From the NCBI GenBank assembly GCA_964019335.1, contig OZ025735.1, positions 310,001 through 374,000 of the forward strand: DNA of 64,000 bases, given 5' to 3'. The notes under the pieces were generated by a model. The model ran no database searches. It was not told where the DNA came from and saw nothing but the letters and a program-made list of their open reading frames with translations. This document shows, piece after piece, positions 1 to 10,138 of this stretch (within the stretch, counting starts at the first letter, position 1; each line of letters begins with the position of its first letter). Made by a program: the position numbers and the translations under genes. This DNA is from Diplonema japonicum (Eukaryota > Protista > Euglenozoa: Diplonemea).

Positions 1-750
1 CTCACGGGGCATGTGGGTCTTCTGGGAAACGGCCTTTAGAAAACGGGGAGGCGGCAATCCAGTTGAAAAGAAGGAAGTGAACCGAATATTGGAGGGGGGG
101 GAAAGGCTTTCCTCGCCTTTTATTTTTTTTTGCACCGCGAAATAGCAGTGTTCTGCTTCCCCCGACTTTTCGCACGGTTGCGTGAAAACTGTCTATTTCT
201 AGTGCACTTTATTTTTTTTTTTCCTTAAAAAAACACTACCAGTCCACTGCTCGTTCTCTTTCTCTCTCTCTCTTTTTTTTTTTTGCAAAAACCCCCTTAC
301 GATTCATCAAACGAGAGCAACGCAAAAGATAATGGAAAAAGAAAGGACGAAGAAAGAGAAGAACAAAAAAAAAAATCACACAAGCTAGTAGAAGCGGCCC
401 CCCCCCTCCCTCCCTCTTCCCCCCTTTTTTTTTCCCCTCTTTTTTTTTTTATAATGAAAACAGAAGACCATTATCAACTGGTGGGGTCCATGCGCAAAGA
501 GAAAAAAAAAGAGGGTTTTTTTTATATTCTTTTTTTCTTTTTTTTTTTTTGCCCCAGAAGGGAGAACGGGGTAGATAAGTAGAGACAAATGGGAACGTTC
601 CAAAAAAAAAAAAAAACAGGAACCTCCCTTATCTCATCTATCTTTTTTTTTATTATTATTATTATTATTCTTTTTGCAATTCTAAGAAATTCTACCCCCA
701 GACCAGGGAACCAAGAGAAAAAAAAAAAAGAAAAAAGAAAGAAAAAAAAA

Positions 751-1695
751 ATGAAAAGGCTGATTTCTGACGATGTGATGATGGCGGCAACGAAGAGCGA
801 GCTAGAAGGGAACAAAAAATACCCCACTCAAAAAGCGGCCCTGGTCCACAGGAAAACACCGTTAGTGTACGTTCCGAGCAAACAAAGATGTTGGAAGAAA
901 AGCGTAGGGACCATCCAACTCCTGAACGACGATGAGATTCCCGGGGTGGTGGTGGTGGAACCAAGCGAGGCCGAAGAGTACCAAGCATGGCTGAAAAACT
1001 CGAGCCTCTCCGTCCACGTTCTAGAAAAGGACGGACAAGGCGTAAGCTACGCAAGAAACGAAATTCTAAAAATCGCTTCCAACACCGACTGGTTCTGGAT
1101 TATCGATGATGACGTGTCAGGGTTCTATGAAAGCACCAAAGAAGGCGCACAGCTCATCGATATGAAAAGCACGCTTCGCTTTGCAACAGAACATGAAAAG
1201 ATCACCAGCGACCCGCAAATCGCGGTCATCGGGCTGGAATACAAAATGTTCAGCTCCGGTCTTGCCAAGCGATACGCTGGGCACTTCATCACCAACAGTT
1301 ATTGCAACGTCTGCTGCGCTTACAACAAGTCCCGCATGCCCAAAGATATCCAGTTTAATTTCCGTGTTAGGGAAGACTACGATTTCGCCCTTCAAATCAT
1401 TTCCCACAACCTGAAAACTATTCGTTTCGCCTGGCTCTCTTTCTCCTGCCCAGCCATGGGCACCACTCGTGGGGGAATGTTCGATTATTATTCTGTTAAT
1501 AAAAGAGCCTGTATGGCACAGCGAGCTGTTTTTGCGAAGAAATGGGCTAAGGTGTGCAAACCCATTATGAAGAGCAACCGTGCCGATGTGAAGATCCGCT
1601 GGCAGATGCTCGACCGATTGATGCCTCGGCAAATCGCCTACAGCAAGAACCTCGAGAAGGAAGCGAAGAAAAAAAGAAAACGATTCAGTAAATAA
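751..1695 (+). CDS. TET/JBP-associated glycosyltransferase (TAGT / GREB1-C / base-J glucosyltransferase-like, GT-A fold), 314 aa
   Basis: ATG at 751 after an A-run. Motif series YVPSKQR, VVVEPSEAEEY, GVSYARN, WIIDDDV (DxD), REDYDF.LQ and GGM matches the TAGT/JGT/GREB1 family pattern as I recall it. No signal peptide; basic C-terminal KKKRKRF (NLS-like). Confidence 0.75.
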   Translation: MKRLISDDVMMAATKSELEGNKKYPTQKAALVHRKTPLVYVPSKQRCWKKSVGTIQLLNDDEIPGVVVVEPSEAEEYQAWLKNSSLSVHVLEKDGQGVSYARNEILKIASNTDWFWIIDDDVSGFYESTKEGAQLIDMKSTLRFATEHEKITSDPQIAVIGLEYKMFSSGLAKRYAGHFITNSYCNVCCAYNKSRMPKDIQFNFRVREDYDFALQIISHNLKTIRFAWLSFSCPAMGTTRGGMFDYYSVNKRACMAQRAVFAKKWAKVCKPIMKSNRADVKIRWQMLDRLMPRQIAYSKNLEKEAKKKRKRFSK

Positions 1696-1791
1696 ACCCC
1701 CCCCCCCCCCCCTCCTCCATTCCATTTCATCAAATCTCCGAGAAAAAAAAAAGAAAAGGGGGAAAAAAAAAAAGAAAGAGAAAAAAAAAAA

Positions 1792-3339
1792 ATGTCCCTT
1801 GGACGGAATCCGCTCATTAAATCCGGGGGTTTATCCTTTTCATCAGATTTCGACTCTGGGAATTGTTGGAAGGTCTACCATCGAAAAGGCGATCCTCAAG
1901 AGCCTATACAAGAGAACATCTATGTCGATGAGTTCAAGCCGAACGAGGAAGCGATCGAGGCACGAGAGCCCAACTCATGTTTCACCCTCGATATTTATGA
2001 GGTGTGGGTAGCATCTGACTGTCAAGAAACAGAGTTCGAAACAAAAGCAAGATCATGGTTCCACTTCAAAGTGGAAGGAGGGGAACCAGGCAAAACAGTG
2101 TGGTTCAAAATCATGAATGTAAACCCCCATGAAAAGCTCTACGACATGGGGATGAGGGCGGTCTGGCGGCCGGATGGCAACGAAGACGGATGGGAGCCGA
2201 CCGAACAACGGTGCAACCACCAATCCATCGCGGGGAACGCCGTCTTAACCTTCCCCTTCACGTTCCCTGACAAACCGGATGTTTTTATATGCTTCACATA
2301 CCCGTACACCTACGAGCGGACAACGAAAATAACGAATTCTCTCTTAGCATCCGCACCACCGTCGATAAACAGTGTAAGGACTACATTGTGTCACAGTGTA
2401 GATGGGCATTCTGTGGATGTGATCACAGTCACATCCTCCGAGGTAGCAGATCCAAGCACGCTGCCCATCATTGTGATGTCGGCAAGGGTGCATCCTTGTG
2501 AAACACCTGCTTCTTATATTTTGGAGGGTTTTCTGGAAAAGCTGTTAACAGACGGGGATGAAACGTTTGAACAGCTTCGCCGGCGGTTCGTGTTCTACAT
2601 CGTGCCGTGTTTGAACCCGGACGGGGTGGCGCGGGGGCATTGCAGAAACGATGTTTTCGGAAGGAATCTGAACAGATTGTACGCTAGCCCTAACGACAGA
2701 AGCCCGACCATCGCAGCGTTCAAAACCCTTTTCGTCGAACTTCATGAAACGGGCAGGCTCCACACATACCTTGACCTTCACGCACACCACAGCAAACGAG
2801 GTTGGTTCTTCTACGGCAATAATTTCCCGAACACAGACACACAAGTTGAATCGCAATTATTGCCCAAAATCTTGTCCATCGTCAACTGCCATTTCGACTA
2901 CGACGGGTGCAATTTTTCAAAATCAAACATGATGTCCCTAGGCGGCAAGGACGGCACGAAGGAAGGCTCTGCTCGTGTGTCCCTTTACCAGATCACCGGG
3001 CTCACTAGGTGCTACACTATAGAGTGCAATTTTAACACCAGCAGTATCGTCGCCACCGGTGGGAAGGTACCACCAAAATACACCCCTTTTATATGGCGTG
3101 AGATGGGGGCAGACCTTGGCAACGCGATGCTGATTCTTCAGTTGAACGATTTGAATGCAGCGCCTGCTCCGCTTCTCGCCTCTGCGCCCTTTGCTACGTT
3201 CTCAGAGATGAGAGAGCAGCTTGTCGCGGCGACCACGACGAAAAAGGAAAAGGTGAAGAAGCGGACCTCGCTCAAGGCGAAGCTTAACCCTGATTTCGTG
3301 AGGGCGCAGCAGGCAGACGGCCTTGTTGTTGTCAGGTAA
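1792..3339 (+). CDS. AGBL5: Cytosolic carboxypeptidase (M14, tubulin deglutamylase), CCP5-like
   Basis: FDSGN N-terminal motif, WFHF, FTYPY, ARVHPCE (Zn), NPDGV..GH.R...G.NLNR, DLHAH, YTIECNFN. Confidence 0.88.
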   Translation: MSLGRNPLIKSGGLSFSSDFDSGNCWKVYHRKGDPQEPIQENIYVDEFKPNEEAIEAREPNSCFTLDIYEVWVASDCQETEFETKARSWFHFKVEGGEPGKTVWFKIMNVNPHEKLYDMGMRAVWRPDGNEDGWEPTEQRCNHQSIAGNAVLTFPFTFPDKPDVFICFTYPYTYERTTKITNSLLASAPPSINSVRTTLCHSVDGHSVDVITVTSSEVADPSTLPIIVMSARVHPCETPASYILEGFLEKLLTDGDETFEQLRRRFVFYIVPCLNPDGVARGHCRNDVFGRNLNRLYASPNDRSPTIAAFKTLFVELHETGRLHTYLDLHAHHSKRGWFFYGNNFPNTDTQVESQLLPKILSIVNCHFDYDGCNFSKSNMMSLGGKDGTKEGSARVSLYQITGLTRCYTIECNFNTSSIVATGGKVPPKYTPFIWREMGADLGNAMLILQLNDLNAAPAPLLASAPFATFSEMREQLVAATTTKKEKVKKRTSLKAKLNPDFVRAQQADGLVVVR

Positions 3340-3899
3340 AATCTTGCGTTCAGTTTCCCCCCTTTCCCTTCTCCCCCCCCCCCCCATTTTTAGATTGTTT
3401 TGCCTTGGAAGAAAAAAAAAAGAAAGAAAGGCCCCCTCCTATTTCATTTTTTTTGAACAAAATAAATAATAATAAACAAACGCAATGAATTCTTTGTCTT
3501 TTTTTTTGGTGGGAGGGAATGAGCAGTTTTTTTTTTTTTTTGACTTTTGTCCCAAAAAGCAAAAAAAAAAAAGGGGGAGGGCGAGCGAAAGGGGGAGAGG
3601 GGTGACAGCGCCGTTTACATAAACACTACCTTTTCATACAGAAAAAGGGGAAATCTATAAGGGTCGGAAGCGAGATTCTCCCCCCCCCCCTTTTTTTTCT
3701 TTTAGCTTCTCTCTCCTTTAAAACTCCCCTCCCTCCCCCGCTTTCAAAACCTCTAAAGTGTTCCTAGCAAGGTCTAGAAGAAAGACCTTTTGAGACTACA
3801 CAAGGCACATTTTAGAGATGTGTGGGGGGTAAGGGGGGGGGGGGTACTAATTATATTTCCCTTTTATTAGAAAAAAAAAAAAAAAAACCTCATACACAC

Positions 3900-3961
3900 C
3901 CCTTCTTTCTTCTTCTTCTTCTTCTTCTTCCAAGCACCCCTTATAAATTTTTTTATCAGGG

Positions 3962-4001
<40 letters not shown>
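3900..4001 (+). promoter_or_regulatory. Candidate SL trans-splice acceptor (pyrimidine tract + CAG at 3957-3959) followed by a 40-A leader
   Basis: CTT-repeat/T tract, then ATCAG, GG, A40 and ATG. A similar layout occurs before SCO1 (CTAG 13281-13284). No upstream cis donor/exon is evident. Confidence 0.45.
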
Positions 4002-4005
<4 letters not shown>

Positions 4006-5008
4006 TATCTGCTGGAGATGTAGGTTGCTCAATTTTTATGATAGTAGTGATAGGCCCTGTAGCGGTCAGTATGCTGCCATGGTATCAGTTCACAGGCGAC
4101 ACAACACTGGGCATCGACCTGGGAACTACATACAGCGTTGCGTCGATATGCAGCAGTAAAAAGGCCCGTTCTGTGATAATCGACGAGGGAACCCCTCTCG
4201 TCCCGAGTATGGTCTCCTACTCCGAAGGGAAAATCGAAGTCGGTGTCCCTGCGGAAAAAATACAACTCGAAGACCCACAACACGTGGTGACGGTTGCAAA
4301 GAGGTTCATGGGAAAGACAATGGACGACACAATGATAAAAAAAGAGCTGAAAAACCTCCCCTTCAACATAGTTGAAGGGGAAAACGGGTTTGCTGCTGCG
4401 GAAATCGACGGCCGCCGCGTCGCGCCCGAAGAAGTCGGTGGTAGAATCCTCAAAAAGCTAAAAGACAAAGCCGAACGGGAAGTTGGGTACTGGAAACATC
4501 TCTTCGGTTTCCGATTCTACACCGCGACCATCTCAGTACCCGTATCTTTCAACGGGCAGCAAAAAGCTGCCACACACCGAGCCGCGAAAGAAGCTGGGTT
4601 TTCCATGGTCAGGCTTATTGAAGAACCCGTAGCAGCTGCAGTAGCATATGATTTAAAAACTGACGATGAACTGGATGTGCTTGTCTATGATATGGGTGGC
4701 GGCACACTCGACGTTGCACTGCTACGTCTCCAGCGCGACACAAACACATTTATTCTTGTATCCACTGCCGGTGAGCCCAACCTTGGAGGGTCCGACTTCG
4801 ACCGTTGTTTGATAGACTTTACTGCGTCGTCGATGAGTAAAAGTTTGAGCGATCTCACCGCACCGCAGAGAGCGCATTTGACAAAGGCTGTTGAGCTTGC
4901 CAAGCGAGAGCTTGCTTCAGTTGAATCAGCCGTTGTTTCCACACCGTGGGGCGAGGCTACCATTACTAGAGAGGATCTTAAAACGGTTTGATTAATTTAT
5001 CTACAAAG

Positions 5009-5043
<35 letters not shown>

Positions 5044-5327
5044 AGGCGTGTAGTGAGCTTGTCGAACGGGCTTTGAAGCCGGTTGACGAAGTTGCCGGGC
5101 TTGTTGCCGAAGAGGATGATCTTCAGGTTTTTTGTTTTATTTAAAAAATTCCAATTCAAAAAAAATTTTTTTTAAAAAAAAAAAAGGTCGTTCTTGCCGG
5201 AGGTAGTTCCCGTCTTCACGCGGTGAGGGAGTTGCTTATCGAGAGGTTTGGGGAGTCAAAGGTTCACTCTGACCTTGATGCGGACATGGCCATTTCGTTG
5301 GGGGCGTCGAAGGCTTACGGTTGCTGA
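4002..5327 (+). CDS. Hsp70-family protein with N-terminal hydrophobic segment and ATPase domain only (HSPA13/STCH-like), 401 aa
   Basis: Exons 4002-4985, 5046-5126, 5187-5327 (two 60-nt GT-AG introns). GIDLGTTYS, EPVAAA, YDMGGGTLD, LGGSDFD; spliced exon 3 gives VVLAGGSSR...DADMAISLGA then stop, so no substrate-binding domain. Confidence 0.85.
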
Positions 5328-5591
5328 TGGGGAGGAGGAGAAAGAGATGGAAGAAAAAGAAGAAAAAAAAGAGAGACTTTTCGTTTTCAAAAAAAAAGAG
5401 GAAAAAAAAAAAAAAAAGAAGAAGATTATCCATTCCGATCCGGACGAATCTGCAAACAACCCCTTTCCCGACGTATACCGTGCAGACTGGAAGAAAAAGA
5501 AAAATATTCAATATTTTTTAATTCGAAAAAAAAAAAGGAAGGAAAAAAAAAAAAGAGGAGCGAGGGGGGGGGAAAGGGGCAAAATAAGAAC

Positions 5592-6092
5592 ATGAACACG
5601 AACACCGGTTCCCCTATGCAATATCTAGAGTACTATGTGTTGGACGACAAGAATCTAGTTACGTGCACGCAGCTGGCTGCAGTGTACAAGATAAGCCTCG
5701 AGGAAGCCAGAGGGCTGGCATGGCAGTTCCATCAAGCAAACAAGGCAGTCACAACCCTTTACGCATCCGTGGTAGTTCCCGGAACTGGAACCACGCCATT
5801 CAGAATCGAAATCAAACCCACAATGTTCACTTCAGAAAACCCTTCTACTCTCTATGCCGTGGGCAACACCGCTTGCGTTTCAACTCCCTCGCTTCCAGGG
5901 GACCACTACCCTCCCCAGTCTGTCCCGAGTGTCACACTGCCTCCATCTTTCATTCCTGCCTTGTTGTCGAAGAAGCGAAAAAGAAGGCCTGATATTGCGT
6001 TGGGCGACCCGGGTCTGGGGAAAAAACAACACCCTGAGGAAGCTGAGGTGATGGAACTATCCGACAGCGAGGATATTATCGTCATTGATTGA
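5592..6092 (+). CDS. DNA polymerase delta subunit 3 (Cdc27/Pol32)-like N-terminal winged-helix protein, 166 aa
   Basis: YLEYYVLDDKNLVTCTQLAAVYKISLEEARGLAWQF...TTLY resembles the POLD3 N-terminus (V.D..KIVTYK.LS..L.V..N.AK.ML..F); KKRKRR NLS-like. Confidence 0.6.
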   Translation: MNTNTGSPMQYLEYYVLDDKNLVTCTQLAAVYKISLEEARGLAWQFHQANKAVTTLYASVVVPGTGTTPFRIEIKPTMFTSENPSTLYAVGNTACVSTPSLPGDHYPPQSVPSVTLPPSFIPALLSKKRKRRPDIALGDPGLGKKQHPEEAEVMELSDSEDIIVID

Positions 6093-6432
6093 TTTAGATT
6101 CAGAAAAAGAAGAAGGGGAGACCCAAGTCCAAGGTGGGGGGGGGGGGGGGGGGGGACGATACCTCCCTGAACACGTGACGGGCCACCAGAGACAAGGCCA
6201 TGCGAGGTATTGACTGGCCTCGGGCCATTGAGCTTCCCAACAGCAGTCGTGTTGTTGCCTCTAGCCCCCCTGTAGATTGCAACGCAGCTGGGTCGAGGTG
6301 GCTGTGCTGGGCACCACCAACACTGGCCACCTTTATCTCTTATTTTATTATTTTTTTTTCTCGCGTTGCATTAAAAGAAAACAAGTGAAAAAAAAGGGGG
6401 GGAGAGGAGGGCTAAAAAAAAAAAAAAAAAAA

Positions 6433-7041
6433 ATGGACACAAAGTGCCCGATTTGCGGGCAGGAGTTTTCGGAGACCACGCTGCCAAAGAAGCTCGGCTG
6501 CGGGCACAGTTTTTGTTTGAAATGTTGCGAAGGGAAGGTGAAGGGCGGGTCGAGGTACCTGACCTGTTTTTCATGTGGGCTGGACTGCGACGTGAGCGGC
6601 GCACAGGGGGTGGCAGGACTGCCGACAAATACTTCTCTTCTACCAATGCGGCCCGACGGTGCTGCGGACCCCACTATAGATATCAACAACGCACTGCGGC
6701 AGGTCCTGTCCCCCACACACACTGTCGATGCTTACCGAATGGCACTGACCATCCACCAACATCTACAACTTCACATACAGCGACCGGCCGTGTCCTCGGA
6801 GGAGTACCTAACGTGGCTCCTCATGTTACTCTCCACCTTCCTCAACACCAAGGTTGCCTTGTCCCCCGAGGCGTCTGAGGCACTCTCCAACGACCTCATC
6901 ACCCTGCAGCAACACCCATCTTCCCTTGTTTACGGGCTGTGCCACAATCTGTTAGAGGTCTTCTGGCCCAACGACACCGAGGACACCACCACACTTGTCC
7001 CAACGGACCCCAAAGGGAGACCTCTGAAACAGGTCGCGTGA
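6433..7041 (+). CDS. RING finger (C3HC4) protein
   Basis: ATG at 6433 after an A-run; CPIC-x11-CGHSFC..C-x13-CFSC followed by LPTN.SL, typical of TRIM-type RINGs. Confidence 0.85.
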   Translation: MDTKCPICGQEFSETTLPKKLGCGHSFCLKCCEGKVKGGSRYLTCFSCGLDCDVSGAQGVAGLPTNTSLLPMRPDGAADPTIDINNALRQVLSPTHTVDAYRMALTIHQHLQLHIQRPAVSSEEYLTWLLMLLSTFLNTKVALSPEASEALSNDLITLQQHPSSLVYGLCHNLLEVFWPNDTEDTTTLVPTDPKGRPLKQVA

Positions 7042-7173
7042 TACAAAAAAAAGAAATCATTATTTTTTTTTCCCCCCTTTCCTTCCACTTTTTTTTATTT
7101 TACACAACTCAAAAGGGGGGGTGGGAGGGTGGTAGAAGAAAAAAAAAAAAAAAAAAGAAGGGAGCAAAATAAT

Positions 7174-8205
7174 ATGAAAGACATGCTCCCCCCATTCTTT
7201 AGGTTTGCAGTGGATGTAAGGTGTTTCGATGATTTTGTAGAAGAAGACGTGGTGAGGGGGATGCAGGTGGCTGGTTGTGAGCTAGTCCTCATGGACACGT
7301 TGAAGGTGAAGGAAGGAGGCGGTGTTATAGGTGTCAGGTGCGAGGTGTCAGGCTCGCGAGAGGAATACTGCGTTAACCTCGTTTTGGGGTGGAATGGCCT
7401 GCGCGGAAAGCACAGCGTGAAGGAGGTATGGTGTACATGCCCACATAAGACCTACTGCAAGCACGCTGCCGCGTTGCTGCTGATTCTGACGTCTGACTGG
7501 TCGGGGCCGAAACCGATTGCACGGTGGGCCCCAACACCACGGCCAACCCTGCCAAAGGAGCCCCCAAAGGAATCGCTTGTAAACCTAGACAGCCTTGAAA
7601 ACAACGACAATTTGGAAACCGACGTAAAAAAACTTTTTTTCTCGCATGCACCACTGCACGTGCCGGACCCTTTACCGGACATGAAGGATGGTGTTATATC
7701 ACCTAGAAAATCCGGGAACTCTTCGCCATGGAGGGGGCGGAACGAATCTTCGACATCGCCTCGAAGAAGCCCTGTGGTGCAGAAGAAGAAAATAACTGTT
7801 ACACCTAACGTCAAAAAGCGAATATTGATGGATACGCCCGCGAGGTCGGACTCGGAGGATGCGTCCGACGACGGAGAGACCTTGTTTTTCACAAACCGGG
7901 AAACAAAGCGGCAAAAAAAACGAAAGACCGCACAGCGTGCCGCTGCCTCTGCTCCTTCTCCCTACCGCCCTCTGTTCGATCTTGCTGATGCGCCTTTGGA
8001 TGCAGACCTATCTGCGTGTCTAGGGAGCTCCAAAGGGTCGAAAAGAGTTGTGTCTTCTGCTTCAAAACCGTCTCCTGAGTATAAACCCAAGGTCCGGTCA
8101 TCCACTGCGTTATCCCTGTCTGATGTAACGCCCATCCCTTCTGCTCCTCATGAACGGTTCGCGAAGGAGGTCGTCTGTTTTACCGATATGCTTGGGTCAC
8201 TCTAA
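7174..8205 (+). CDS. SWIM zinc-finger protein with long disordered C-terminus
   Basis: VSGS.EEY.V.L ... WCTCPHKTYCKHAAALLL = SWIM CxC..CxH motif. Confidence 0.8.
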   Translation: MKDMLPPFFRFAVDVRCFDDFVEEDVVRGMQVAGCELVLMDTLKVKEGGGVIGVRCEVSGSREEYCVNLVLGWNGLRGKHSVKEVWCTCPHKTYCKHAAALLLILTSDWSGPKPIARWAPTPRPTLPKEPPKESLVNLDSLENNDNLETDVKKLFFSHAPLHVPDPLPDMKDGVISPRKSGNSSPWRGRNESSTSPRRSPVVQKKKITVTPNVKKRILMDTPARSDSEDASDDGETLFFTNRETKRQKKRKTAQRAAASAPSPYRPLFDLADAPLDADLSACLGSSKGSKRVVSSASKPSPEYKPKVRSSTALSLSDVTPIPSAPHERFAKEVVCFTDMLGSL

Positions 8206-8322
8206 AAAAAAAAAAAAAAAGAAGGAAATTTATTTCTTAAGAATTTTACTTTATCCCATTACTGTAAAACACAAAAAAAAAAAAAAAAAAAAAGATTTGG
8301 TTGAAAATTTTTTTTTCGTTAT

Positions 8323-10103
8323 CCCCTAAACGCCCGCGCGGACGTTTTTGTCCTTATTTCAAAATTTGCTTTTTCGCTAAGTACTTTTTTTGAACACGGC
8401 CCCTGGACTTCAAAATATGGCATTGTTGCGCGGTTTATTTTGTCTTGGAACTACATTTTGCGTTAAAAGTTTTGTTTTAATTGAAACCGGCAGGGTTGGC
8501 TTAAAATGAAATCAGATGGTCAAAATAGCAGCGAAAACGTGAGTCTCCCCCGACTGGTCAGAAAAAGAAGAAAAAGACGATGAGGCGGTCAAAGAGGGGC
8601 CGGAAACGATGCTTGGGTGGAAGAAATACTCCCAAAGACCCGAAACATATCATTTCCGTGAAAAGGTGGGCTCAGGACACCTCTAGGTGGAGGGGCCTAT
8701 GTGGAGGGTGTTTTTAGTCTTTTTTTTACACACGCGGTACTTGAGCTCATAGTTTCTTCCACGAACGGTCGTTTCGATTCAAAAAAACAGCGGAATCTGA
8801 ATCTTTCCATCCCAGAGTACAAAATTTGGCTTGGGTTGGTCCTGTTAATGGGTTTACGCTCGGCACCGAACATGAAGAGCTACTGGACAACAGATTCTAT
8901 TTTAACCATCCCGGCTTTTAAGAAAATGAGGAAATCGATTCGTTGACATACAGCGCTACCTCACCTTTGACAACCTGGAAACATCAGTAAAGCCTGAAAC
9001 TGCGCCTCATGCGCAGGTTTCTTGACATCATTGTCAACCGGTGTAGGACTGTGCGGACCCCTGGCAAGTGGTTGTCTGTTGACGACAGTGTTATCCCGAC
9101 AACAATAAAAGTCATGGCACCACGAAAAAACAACTCGGTGGGCATCAAGGTAATCGCTACATGCGACTCATAAAACTGTTACCTTGCGAATTTCAACATT
9201 TTCAGCAAGAAGTCCACAACACAGGACCTAGTCATGCGTGCTGTCGACTCCTAAGGGTTTGCTGTCGACCCCTGACCGGCAAGACCAGCTCCAGGGGACT
9301 GGAGTTCGGCATATGAAAACCCGGAAGTGGACCATGGTCGTTTTTTATTGGGTCCTGGAAAGCTGTGTTGCCAACTCCTCCATAATCTGGAAGAAGAGCA
9401 GGGAATGTGGCAAAAGTTATGGCTTCCCGAGCTTCAAAGAAGAACTTGTTGGCAAGCTTCTCACCCATGCCCCAAAAACCGATAGCACACACCCCGACAA
9501 CACCGTCACCGACCCCCAAGCGCAAACACGCTAGCAATGAGGATTCCCTCACTCAGAAATACCCAAAACGTCTCTATTTAACCCTAAATCACACCACCGA
9601 GACCATGATGAACGGAACGAAGGTGAGGAGGGTGCTCTGTGCTGTTCCTGGGTGCGGGAAGAAGGTGCAAACGTGGTGCCCCTGTTGCAAAACCCCCTTA
9701 TGCAAAACGTGTTTTTTACCCTTGCATGCTACCCCAGCTGGAAAAAAAACTCACAAGTTGCTTTTTTCATCCCACAGCCCCAAAAAGTCTCCAGACTGAC
9801 CTCAATCCTAGAATTCAGGGCACCAAATAGGGCTGAATGCTGCCCTTTTTAGCCCAGCCATAACTCCACGGACCCCCCACGACAAGACCCCCCAAAATCG
9901 GACATAAAAAGTACACCCTCAACCCCCCTCTTACACATATAGTAAAGTATTCTCATCTGAATCTGGCACCTGGAATTGAATGTTTTAGTACCGTTTACCC
10001 TTTCCTTGCACCTTCCTATGGTTGCATGCTGCCCTTTTTTTGAGTATTCAAAGCAACAACGAAAATGGGGGGGTACCGTAGATAGGCTCCGGGCGTTTAG
10101 GGG
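8323..10103 (+). mobile_element. Decayed piggyBac-superfamily DNA transposon (1781 bp), TTAT target-site duplication
   Basis: 14-bp perfect TIR CCCCTAAACGCCCG (8323-8336; reverse complement at 10090-10103); TTAT at 8319-8322 and 10104-10107. Frameshifted transposase pieces: LFFT...LIVSSTN, WLGLVLLMG...KSYW, WLSVDDSVIP, RKWTMVVFYW...ANSSIIW, and a C-terminal Cys-rich domain (CAVPGC...CPCC..PLC..CF..LH). Confidence 0.92.
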
Positions 10104-10138
10104 TTATGGTTTTTTTTTTTTTTTTTTTTTTTTTTTTG

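Noticed and set aside
283-750. Poly-Lys/Phe/Pro/Gly ORFs and N-terminal extensions throughout the ORF track
   Set aside because: They are translations of A/T/C/G homopolymer spacers; the real starts are the ATGs after the A-runs.
6240-6331. HDV-like ribozyme / ingi-type 5' hallmark (GCCACCTC on the minus strand)
   Set aside because: The required P1 and P3 pairing partners could not be found.
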